Assembly: GCA_964016885.1 (NCBI GenBank)
Contig: OZ024744.1
Location: 64,170,001-64,234,000 of the forward strand
DNA from: Eledone cirrhosa
Taxonomy: Eukaryota
DNA length: 64,000 nt
Reading direction: 5' to 3'
A program made the translations under genes and the position numbers. Below, one piece after another: positions 13,937-25,317 of this stretch; positions within the stretch are counted from its first letter, which is position 1, and the number at the start of each line of letters is the position of its first letter. Below the pieces are notes generated by a model that was given only the letters and a program-made list of their open reading frames with translations, was not told where the DNA came from and did not search any database.

Positions 13937-15474
13937 GGTAAACTGTAAGGAAGGGGAAAATAATTAATTTTATTAATTAAAATCACAATAAATATTTAAA
14001 AACAGGTTCATTAATTCAAATGTTTATAGTAACTTCACTACTTGACAGATTGATGGAAAACTTTGGAGTAAATTATAGTGAAGACTTCAAATTTTTAAGG
14101 CATTACAATCATAGTGTTGTTTTGTATTTTTCAGGAGTGTCTTGTTAATGTGATGTCATATTGTATTGGACGTTAAGGGTTAATACTGATGTCATGATGA
14201 AAAAGTTATATCACAAATGTGACTTGTAGCAAACTGGATACAGTTGATTGATATTACTGGTATTTCATGAACTATAAAGATACACAGGAATAATTGGTAA
14301 TAAGAGTGTAAGTGATTTAAACCTTTTCCAATGATGGGAAGGTTCCATAGAAGTGGTTAATAGTTTCTGCTTCCCAAGTGATCAAATTAACGGTGGAGCA
14401 AATTGCACAGAGAGCATAGTAGCTGGAATATGAATAGGATATAAAAAGTTTAGGGAGTTATTATCTATGTTGACGTCCCACTCCCCACATAATTTGAACT
14501 CAGAACATAGATGCAGAAAACTAAGTACTGTAAAGTACTCAATATTTTTGGCAACACAGCACTTCAGAGAAAGCAATGAAATATATTTTGTTAATGATTA
14601 TAACAATTGATATAAACTTAAAAACAAACTCTGAATAAGATTATGTTCTATGTATCACCTCCACCTATTGCCTATCTGTTACAAAACTGGATGGAATATT
14701 TCACCAAATATTAAACAAAACAAATGGATATTCTTTAATTACATATGTGGTTAGTATTTAAACAGCTATCAGTACTATCTATTATAGAAACACCTAACAA
14801 TAGTCACTATTACTATCAACACTAATTATTATAGCTAAACTATATTAAATGTTGGTGTAAATCTATAAACAACTAACAACAGTATCTATTCATTCAACAT
14901 TTACACACTGTATCTGTATATTTATTTACACATCTACACGTAAATACATAAACAGATACAGACACCAGAAGGAACAGGCTGGTGAAACGCTATAGCGATT
15001 GTGTTGCGTCCCTTTAGGGTTTACTGGCTACATAGCCTATTCGTATTTATTTACTGAACTCACATGTATATCTATTCAGTCAACATCTACATAGTGTCTT
15101 ATTTGTCTAGTCAACATGCACACACAGTGCCTTTATATTTGTATAATATCCTTGAGCTTGGCTGGTCTTGCTTGGGGATCCAACCAGATCAGTTGGAGAT
15201 GGTTGCTTCTGACAGGACCCCCTGGGAGGAGTGTTTGAGGACTCTGGCCCCACAACCCTCTGATGAATAAGTGGGCAAAGAAGAACATATACAATGTCTT
15301 TCTATTTGTCTACTCAATGTATATATATATATATATTTATCCAGTCAACATATATAAACTATGTCAACCCCTACATATGATATCTATTCAATGAACATCT
15401 ACACCTATAGGCAGTGTCTGTCAATATAACCAAGAAACATCTATACATTGTGTCTATTTAGTCAACATCTACGG

Positions 15475-15664
15475 CAGGCATGTCAAACAAGAGACCTGCG
15501 GCTCTTTACAAGCACACATGCGGCCCGCACAAAGGTTTTTACAGTACAAACATGTTTTATCTTTGTAATCTAAAATAAAAAAAAATTAGTTGTAATGTGT
15601 GGCCCTCAGACAACACATATGTAACCCATGTAACCCTCGAGGGACCCTCAGTTTGACATGCCTG
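15475..15664. mobile_element. hAT (Charlie-type) MITE
   Basis: Perfect 14-bp TIR CAGGCATGTCAAAC/GTTTGACATGCCTG; 8-bp TSD ATCTACGG/TTCTACAG (6/8 match). Confidence 0.85.
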
Positions 15665-15789
15665 TTCTACAGTGTCTGTGTATCAGGACATGCTTTGTCT
15701 ACATTTACAGTCAATATCTGCATACTGTGTCAATCTATCTTGTCAATACCTACATTCTGTGTCAACATCTACATAGTGTTAACTTATCT

Positions 15790-15982
15790 CAGACCTGTCA
15801 ACTCTCCCGCCCGACGGGGAGATCTTCCACCCACTTTGGGGTGGGTGACAGGTGTCTTCTTTTGTGAAAATGGGTATAGCTTTCATTATGTAAAAGCTCC
15901 CATTTAGCCTCATTTCTCCCCGTTTGGGGGCACTTTTCTTCATGGTACTCCCCGTTTGGGTTTTTAGAGGCTGGCAGGTCTG
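15790..15982. mobile_element. MITE with CAGACCTG termini
   Basis: TIR CAGACCTGTCAAC/GCTGGCAGGTCTG; TATCT on both sides; second copy at 58289-58481. Confidence 0.8.
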
Positions 15983-17024
15983 TATCTTGTTAATATCGAG
16001 ATATTTAGAAAACATAAGTCAAAATGCACACACCAGTACACAATGCGTGCATTTATTTGTTGTTGGAGTCACGAGAAAACACACCCAGCTCACTCCGTAA
16101 AGTGACAGTACTGGTGCAAGGATACAAAAAACAACCAGTCCATCCTGTATAGTGGTAGTGCTGGTGCCACGATAAAATGCTCCCAGTACGCAATGTAATA
16201 TGGTTGGCGTTAGTAAAAACCAAGCCCAAAACGGAACATACGAACAAGACGTGGACATTTGACCAGTCTAACGCCAAATGCATTCTTGGAAAATAGACAT
16301 TAAACTGTGTTTTCTTCTAATAAAGTAGAACTTTTAAAAAGCTGATGAAGTGCCATAACCTTCAGCGCCTTATTCAGTGTACTCTGAATAAGAAAAAAGT
16401 TATCAATACTCTATTGGCCCGGAAAGAACATGTATAACGAGCTTCTGGATCCACTGTGTCAATGAAAAAGATGTGGTGGTCATGGTTGGAATACCTTTGA
16501 TAATAAGTCTAACTATTCGATCAGGCGAAAAGAACAACTAATTCAAGGTTGCTGTCTGTAATATAATTCAATTGAGCAGACAGAAAGTGTTTGGAAGCTA
16601 GTCGGATGGACTGTACCTGTAATTTAAAGGACCAGCCTTATCACAAACATTATCGCGCTGGATTTCTTTGATAATTACGTTAAAAGTACCTGTGTTTGTG
16701 GAATGCTCAGTCACTTACACGTTAATTTCATGAGCAGGTTATTCCATTCACCGAACAACTGGAATACTCATCACCGAAACAGACGGAGGTCAATTCTATT
16801 CAAGATTAAAATATATTGTGTTGGTGTATATATATCGTTTCTTTAAAAACTCTTTCTCTGAATTAAGTAAAAAGACTGAATATAAATAACGACAGCAATA
16901 ATAAATTTGGTTAGAAATGTTTACGCTTTATATATAACAAGTTCAATTAATTTTGAATAGCAAACAAATCAGATTAAATTATACATAGAGAAAAAGTGAA
17001 TATGTTCAATAAGAAGATAATTAC

Positions 17025-17560
17025 CAGTTACCAATGAACAAGATCAAACAACTGAATGACTTAATGTCACCTTTAAATACGAAAATAAAACGTAATATAT
17101 ATGTAATGAATCGTATTCAGGGTAGTTACTGTCTAAAAGACTTTAAAAATAAATGAAGGATTTTATTCAAAATATATATTTTATAAGACTTATATTGATA
17201 ATATAATTTTGGTATATTTTATAACTTTCGGAAAATTTGTATTGTAAAATGTCAGTCGTTTTTGCCAAATTCGTGATAGTTTCGCATCTGTACGAAATTG
17301 TCAATAGAAGTATTTTTGACTTAAAAGAAAAATATACGCCATTGTCAGACAATCGTGTAATTTTGCAACCTTTCATTGAAAGTAAGGTTTTCAGTATTTA
17401 AAAATATTGGCGGATATTCACGTTTTCTTTCAAAAACAAACGTTCATAATAATTCTTTTCTCCGGTGAAAGATTTTTGGCGCTAATTTAAATATCAGAAT
17501 AATAAAATCTATGATTAAATGAAAGTGAATTCTTTTTGATTTTTTTCCGCCCCAACATTT
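17025..17560 (-). promoter_or_regulatory. Candidate promoter / non-coding first exon of MRPS12
   Basis: Non-repetitive stretch with locally more CpG upstream of the ATG exon; possible minus-strand donor CTG|GTAATT at 17025/17024. Inference only. Confidence 0.3.
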
Positions 17561-17590
17561 TTAGTCATAATTTATCTTTCCATTATTTTC

Positions 17591-17763
17591 ATTGGTAGAG
17601 GGTTGGACGCCATGCTTTCCAGCATAGTTACGTCCCTTTATGATCTGAGTTCAAATCCCGCCGAGGTTGACTTTGCCTTTCATCCTTACGGGGTCGATAA
17701 AATAAAGTACCAGTAATGTACTGAGTAATTGCTGGCCTTGTGCCTAAAGTAGAAACAATTATT
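17591..17763 (+). mobile_element. SINE family A
   Basis: Plus-strand copy with B box GAGTTCAAATCC and central block. Confidence 0.85.
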
Positions 17764-19149
17764 TTCACGATCGAGGAAAACAACGTATACGAATTCTGAA
17801 GAAATAAATCAAAACGACCTGAGTTACTGCCCTTTTCTTTAAATGTGGAAACGAATGTAAATTAACGCTTGCGGACCGCCTGATGATGAGCCATATCCAT
17901 GCGACGTGCTTCTCGAAAAAAGTTTGCCCATGCCTGGTGTAGATGTTCAGGGTTAATTGATAACAGTAGCGACAATGATATAAATCTTTTTCAGAAAGGA
18001 TTCATAGTAGTGGCTGATAGCTTCTACTATGTAGGTGATTTAATTAGCAGTAGAGGAGGGTGCTCTGAGAGCACAGTAGCTAGAATAAGAAAAGCGGTAA
18101 ATGTTTTAAGTTGCCTCCATTGATTTAAAAAAAAAACCAGAATTAGTCGTTTAGTTTACATATTGAGACGCCAACACATCCTATTTATTTAATAACGTAT
18201 GGGATTTCTTGTAATGTATTTTTTTGGTCATATAAAATGTTTTTAATATATAAAGAAAAACTTCACTGGAGATGGATGAGCAAAATTTAATAACCATGGG
18301 GTTGGAATAAGAGTGGAGGCGGGGAGGTGATCTGATATATTAATAAGCGGAGGGGGACATTTATCTGAGACCCAAGAGTATATGTTAATTCACAAGTTGA
18401 GTTTATTGAACTTCAAGATATAAAGTGTTGAAACGAAAGGAGGAACCATCCTACATTTTATAGTTGGTATTTAATTACTTTTGAAGCAGCGTCTGGTCTT
18501 TGATGGAGTAGGTCTGGTTTACATGTATTTATGTTTGAATATGATATCCACAATTCTGTATCTATTTCAATAATGTGCTTTTAATTGCAGTAATTTCTCT
18601 ATAAGTCTATTGGCACAATTTGTGAAGTTTTAGCTTAATGATGAGTTCATGATAATATGAATCAGTATATGTTAAAGTTGACAACAACAATTATTAAATA
18701 CCATGTTTAGCATCGCTGTGTGGTTAAGGTGTTCACTTCACAACCACGTGGTTCTAGATTCATTCTGCTAAGTAGCACCTTGGGCAAGTGACTTCTACTA
18801 TACATTTGGGTTGACCAATGCCTTGTAAGTGGAAACATCTGAAGTGTCAAACATTTTTTCTCTCCTTCCTCCAAAGCGTGAAACTAATAAGACTAATTGT
18901 TTTTGCATCTCTGTGTTTGTCATGTTTTGAATTATATTATCCAGACTTCTGCAGCACTCCTTGTAATTTGGCCCTGGAATTCTACCAGGCAACTTGGCAC
19001 TGTGACTTTCTACCATCCTAACCAGTCACAGATGACCAACAGATTACCTGGACTTGAGATTATAGGATTGTTTTCAATTGTTCACCACACTAATCTTCTA
19101 TGACCTTCTCTCTCCTTTTATTTTCCTTTTCTATCTCTCTATTGTTCCA

Positions 19150-22100
19150 TAACAATTACATCTACCTATGCTCTACAGGCAGGACTAAGTAAAGACCAAA
19201 AGAACAGGTCCTATGAGGAACTTTTACAGACAGCTTCAGGTACTGATGAAAGAGACCTCATCATCCTGTGATAGGTGAATTTAATGGACATGTGGGACAA
19301 TACCAGAAAGGATTTTGTAGAGTTTATGGCAGCTATGGTTATGGCTCAAGAAATGAAGAGAGATTGAGGCTTCTGGAATACTGTGACATGAATGAACTAA
19401 CCATTTGCAACATAAATTTCATGAAATTCGCCAACCATCTGATTTCATATCAATCAGGTGAACACACAAGCCAAATTGATTACTTACCCGTAAAACGAGA
19501 CAAATGGACTGTAATACGCATTAAAGTTTTCCCTGGGGAAGAATACACTGCCCAACACAAGTTAGTTATTAGTGACATTAAAATAAACAAAAGACAGAAC
19601 AAGATATTCAGGAAAATATGGAAAAGGAGGCTTTGGAAGCTAAAGGTTGTTTCAATTAAATATAGATTTAGAAAGGCTTTGCAGAGTGCAGAAGATTAGA
19701 GGGGTGATGAGCTAGGTACATATAATGCAGAGACAACTGGAAATTCCTATATGACAACTTTTTGCAAACTAATGATGAGACTTGTGACTGGAGTAAAGCA
19801 CCAGCTAGACAGAGAGTGACCTGATGATGGAGCAGTACAGTGGATAGAGCCATTAAAGCCAAGAAACTGGCATGCAAAGACTGGGAAATGGGGGCAGCAG
19901 AGACAAATACAAGGTCTCTAAGAGAGAGGTTAAATGTCATATACAAAGCTTTGAGAGAGGCTGAAAAAAGAAGGTTTGCCAATGTCTTGTTCTATGAGGA
20001 CCAGAGAGATGAAGTATTTCGCATTGCAAGGCAGTGCGTCAGCGTTAATCGAGATGTTAGGGATAAAATGTGTTAGAAATGATGATGGTACACTTAACAC
20101 CAATGATGCCCAAAAGAAAGAGACCTGGGAATGTTACTATGAGAGACTGATGAATGGAGAGAATCAATAGGTAGAAGAGAAACTACCCTCAACTTACCCA
20201 AAGAAAGGAGCAGCTATTAGAGTTGAGAATTTTAGGGTCAAAGAAGCAATCAAAGAAATGCATGTACATATATATATATATATAGAGAGAGAGAGATAGA
20301 ATAAAAGAGAAAACACAGGTAAGCATTAAGAAAAAGGATTTTATCCAGGTATTTACGACCGTTTCATTGGTAAGTGCAACCTTATATACTGCAAATAACA
20401 GCCACTCAATAATAATTGTTGTTCACCTCCAAATTTTCAAAATAATGAATAAGTTACTCGTAAAAGATTCTTAATATATAGAAAATACATTTTTTTTGGA
20501 ATTGTATTTACTAGTATAGAGAGAGAGGAAGGGGGAGAAGAATTAGGAAGTAGAGTGACAAATGGAGTAGTATATATATATATATAGAGAGAGAGAGGAA
20601 GGGGTATAAGAATTAGGAAGTAGAGTGACAAACGGAGTAGTATATATATATATAGAGAGAGAGAGAGGAAGGGGTATAAGAATTAGGAAGTAGAGTGACA
20701 AATGGAGTAGTATATATATATATATAGAGAGAGAGAGAGGAAGGGGTATAAGAATTAGGAAGTAGAGTGACAAACGGAGATGTAGGGAGGGGTAAGGGTG
20801 GAAGGATTCCTCGATCAGTTTTGATTCATAGACTTGATATCATCAGTTTACAGTGTAGGGAGTTAAAGAGAATTAAATTGTTTATAGTGGGAGGGAGAGA
20901 GAGGGGCGGGGGAGAGATATAAATATATATATAAATAAAGAAGAGTGGAAGAGAAAAAAGAAAAGAAAAGAGAACAAAGAAGGGAGGGAAGAAAAGAAGA
21001 AAACAGAAAACAAAAAAAGAGAAAAAGGAATGAAGGAGTAGGGAGTGACATAGGTATTGGTTATTGTGGGTAATTAAGGGGTTAGATTCAATAAGAGGGT
21101 AGAATGTCTAAGTATATGTAGTTTGTCAGGTGGTAGTAAGAGATTAAGGGTTTGATTTGTACTTGTAGTGCGAACATTTTTCTTTGAGTCCATGGTTACA
21201 ATAAATTGATCTTTCGATTTTATTGTTGAGTAATTTATTCTTCGAACTCAAAATGTGGAACAGTTCAAGGTCACATAACCGACAGCTTCTCATACCACTC
21301 TGACATGGGGGCGCGTTCGATAATTTTTCCCACTTCAGGGTGTATTGGTGGTTACTTTCCCTCAGTTGCCAGGTCTTATTCGCAAGGGTAGTTACATAAC
21401 GATGCTGGGAATGTTTCATTGCATAACGGTGTGTATACCAACAAGCTTTAAATGTATTCCCAGTCACTCCGATGTAATACCATTTCTGGTTGTCTGATTC
21501 TACTGTAAACCAGGTTAGACTGCATACATTCATTATGCAATGGACAGGTTTCAGGTAGGTGGCAATTACAATTCTTGTAATGGGCAACTTTGGCATTATT
21601 GGTGGGCTGCGATGCCTGTACAAGTGTGTTACGTTTTTTTTGCCTTCTAGTGGGTGGTTATGTATTATATATTCTGTTATGCTCGATGGTAATTGTATTG
21701 TTATTGTTATAAATTTGTATTCCGGTGTTGTTACGTATGTTTTTAGCGTTAAGCATCTTAATGTGTGCCGCTATGTTTGGTGCAGTGGAGTAAGATAGTC
21801 TAATAGATTTAGTGTTAAGGATTTTGCTGTATCTATTTGAATTTGGGAAGTGCTTATTTATTATTCTAAAGAAGGTAGAGGGTAGGTTGGTACAAATAGA
21901 AGTGTTAAATATGGGGTTATACCAAATATATTTTCTACTGTGTGACCTGTTTGATTTTGATGTTGTATTTCTATTTTCAGTATAATTTGTAGTTCTATGC
22001 GTAAATGCGTGTGTGCGTGTGTTTCTGGAGTTTGTGATATGCCTGTTCGTGTGTGTTTTACGGAGGCTATCATCTATATATTCTACTCTATCTAGGTGGC

Positions 22101-25100
22101 CTGCCTTATCTAGTGTGGTATTGTAGTACTTCGCGTGTTCCTCAAAGATTTGTCGGTTAGACGAGAGGCGGGAGATCCTAAGGTATATGCTGCGTGGAAT
22201 GGATTTAATTATGGAGAGTGGGTGGCTCGAATTACAGTTGATGTATGCTAAGTTTTCATTATTCTTGTGAAAAGGTCTTATAAGTCTCGTATTTAGACGC
22301 AACGCTTAACCTAAATACGGGACTTATAAGACTTAAAATCCTTAACACTAAATCTATTAGACTATCTTACTCCACTGCACCAAACATAGCGGCACACATT
22401 AAGATGCTTAACGCTAAAAACATACGTAACAACACCGGAATACAAATTTATAACAATAACAATACAATTACCATCAAGCACAACAGAATATATAATACAT
22501 AACCACCCATTAGAAGGCAAACAAAATGTAACACACTTGTACAGGCATCGCAGCCCACCAATAATGCCAAAGTTGCCCATTACAAGAATTGTAATTGCCA
22601 CCTACCTGAAACCTGTCCATTGCATAATGAATGTATGCAGTCTAACCTGGTTTACCAAGGCACAGTAGAATCAGAGAACCAGAAATGGTATTACATCGGA
22701 GTGACTGGGAATACATTTAAAGCTTGTTGGTATACACACCGTTATGCAATGAAACATTCCCAGCATCGTTATGTAACTACCCTTGCGAACAAGACCTGGC
22801 AACTGAGGGAAAGTAACCACCAATACACCCTGAAGTGGAAAAAATTATCGAATGCGACCCCATGTCAGAGTGGTATGAAAAGCTGTCGGTTATGTGACCT
22901 TGAACTGTTCCACATTTTGAGTTCGAAGAATACAATTTATTGTAACCATGGACTCAAAGAAAAATGTTTGCACTACAAGTACAAATCAAACCCTTAATCT
23001 CTTACTACCACCTGACAAACTACATATACTTAGACATTCTACCCTCTTATTGAATCTAACCCCTTAATTACCCACAATAACCAATACCTATGTCACTCCC
23101 TCCTCCTTCATTCCTTTTTCTCTTTTTTCGTTTTCTTCTTTTCTTTTCTTTTCTTTTCTCCCCCCCCCCCCTTCTTTATATATATATATATATATATATT
23201 TATATCTCTATCTCTCTCTCCCTCCCACTATAAACAATTTAATTCTCTTTAACTCCCTACACTGTAAACTGATGATATCAAGTCTACGAATCAAAACTGA
23301 TCGAGGAATCCTTCCACCCTTACCCCTCCCTACATCTCCGTTTGTCACTCTACTTCCTAATTCTTATACCCCTTCCTCTCTCTCTCTCTATACTACTCCA
23401 TTTGTCACTCTACTTCCTAATTCTTCTCCCCCTTCCTCTCTCTCTCTCTATACTACTCCGTTTGTCACTCTACTTCCTAATTCTTCTCCCCCTTCCTCTC
23501 TCTCTATACTAGTAAATACAATTCCAAAAAAAATGTATTTTCTATATATTAAGAACCTTTTACGAGTAACTTATTCATTATTTTGAAAATTTGGAGGTGA
23601 ACAACAATTATTATTGAGTGGTTGCTATTTGCAGTATAGCGATATAAGGTTGCACTTACCAATGAAACAGTCGTAAATAACTGGATAAAATCCTTTTTTT
23701 TAATGCTTACCTGTGTTGTATCTTTTATTCTTTATACTCCAAGATTCAACGTGATTCTTACAAACTTGTGGAGTTACCCCTAAGCGTACGTTGAAACCGT
23801 CCAACAAAATGGATATCTTAACCACGAACTGGATTACAATAAGCAATTTTCTGCTTTCCTAACTATATATAGATATATATACAAGAGAGGTTCTTAGAGA
23901 AGAATAAGCCACTATACTTAGCTTTTGTTGACCTAGAGAAGGCATTTGACAGGGTACTCCGATCTGTCATCTGGTGGTCCCTAAGGAAACTAGGTGTTGA
24001 GGAATGGCTTGTGAGGACAGTGCAAACTTTGTACAGAGGTGCTGTCAGTAAAGTCAGTGTAGGAATGAAGTTTTGTGAGGAATTCCAGATACAAGTAGGA
24101 GTACATCAGGGTTTGGTCCTCAGCCGACTTTTGTTCATCATAGTCCTCCAAGCCATAACAGAGGAATTTAAGACTGGCTGTCCATGGGAACCTTTCTATG
24201 CTGACGATCTGGTTCTTATAGCAGAATCAGTAGAGGAGCTAGAGAATAAATTCTTGCTATGGAAACAGCAGTTGGAAGCAAGAGGACTGAGAGTGAACCA
24301 AGCTAAGACAAAAGTGTTGATGAGTAGAAAAGAGGACAAAACTCTGATTCCATCAGGGAAATGGCCATGTTCAATATGCAGAAAAGGAACTGGCATAAAT
24401 TCTATAAAATGCACCCAAGAGATGTAGTGGGATAACAGGCAAACTAACAAGTAGGGAGAAATACGTATGCAGTAGATGTACAGGGAAATTAGACAGTAGA
24501 AGTCGCATTGATAGACACATTTTTCAAATGCAGGTGGGTGCTATAGAAGTGGTTGATAGCTTCCGGTACCTAGATCAGATTAGCATGGGAGGAGGGTGTT
24601 CCGAGGCCATAATATCTAGAATAAGGACGGGTTGGAAGAAGTTTAGGGAGCTGCTTCTGCTGATGAAGAAGGGTTTCTCCCTGCGTATGAAAGGCCGGTT
24701 ATATGATGCCTATGTGAGGAGCGCAATGCTGCATGATAGTGAGATATGGGCAGCAACTGCAGAGGATATGCGACGGCTGGAGAGAAATGAGGCAAGCATG
24801 CTCCGTTGGATGTGCAATGTCAATGTGCGTGAACGACCGAGCATGGATGTGTTGAGAGAGAAACTGTGTCTGAGAGGGATAGAATGTAGTGTGCGAGAGA
24901 GGAGACTGCGGTGGTATGGACATGTGATGCGCATGGAAGATGACCGATGGGTGAAGAAGTGCCAGGAAATGCCAGTTGAAGGAAGATGTAGTAGAGGTAG
25001 ACCACGAAAAATATGGGCGGAGGTGGTGAGAACAGACCTCAGATTGCTGAAGCTCACGGTGGAGATGACGAAGGACCTTGACAAGAGGAGAGATGCTGTG

Positions 25101-25170
25101 CTGAATAAGACCCGTCTCACCCTTGCAAGCAGGGAAAAGTGGACATAAAATGATGATGATGATGATGATG
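19150..25170 (+). mobile_element. Degenerate RTE LINE split by the Penelope-like insertion (19150-20260 and 23880-25170)
   Basis: APE motifs (IGEFNGHVG, SQIDY) lie left of the insertion; RT (VGVHQG, YADDLVL) and C-terminus lie right of it; (GAT)n tail at 25151-25170. Confidence 0.92.
20298..23863. mobile_element. Penelope-like element (Naiad-like): two 5'-truncated copies head-to-head
   Basis: GIY-YIG endonuclease (LVYQG..YYIGVT, CRLC) preceded by CNC..CPL..C; RT C-terminal region (RKYIWYNP, KHFP, RLSYS). Arms 20298-21825 (-) and 22335-23731 (+) are inverted repeats; flanked by TA/GA microsatellite. Confidence 0.9.
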
Positions 25171-25317
25171 TGTATGCAGGATATCTGTAGATGAAAGATC
25201 AAGGAAAAGAATGCTCAATCTGTTGTAAGAGAACTTATTTTTCATCCACTTAACATGTAAGTGCAACCATTGGTTTCGAGGTCCAGTTATGGCCACTACA
25301 GTTAAATGTAATGTAAT

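Noticed and set aside
17878-17940. CTGATGA...GAAA hammerhead or box C/D snoRNA
   Set aside because: Stems I and III do not pair; the segment ends in AAAGTTTGCCCATGCCTG, a typical hAT TIR, so it is probably a transposon end.
23265-23310. SECIS-like ATGA..AA..GA in the Penelope 3'UTR (some Naiads encode selenoproteins)
   Set aside because: Spacing from AA to GA is only about 12 nt, too short for a canonical SECIS, and the visible Cys positions use TGT/TGC rather than TGA.
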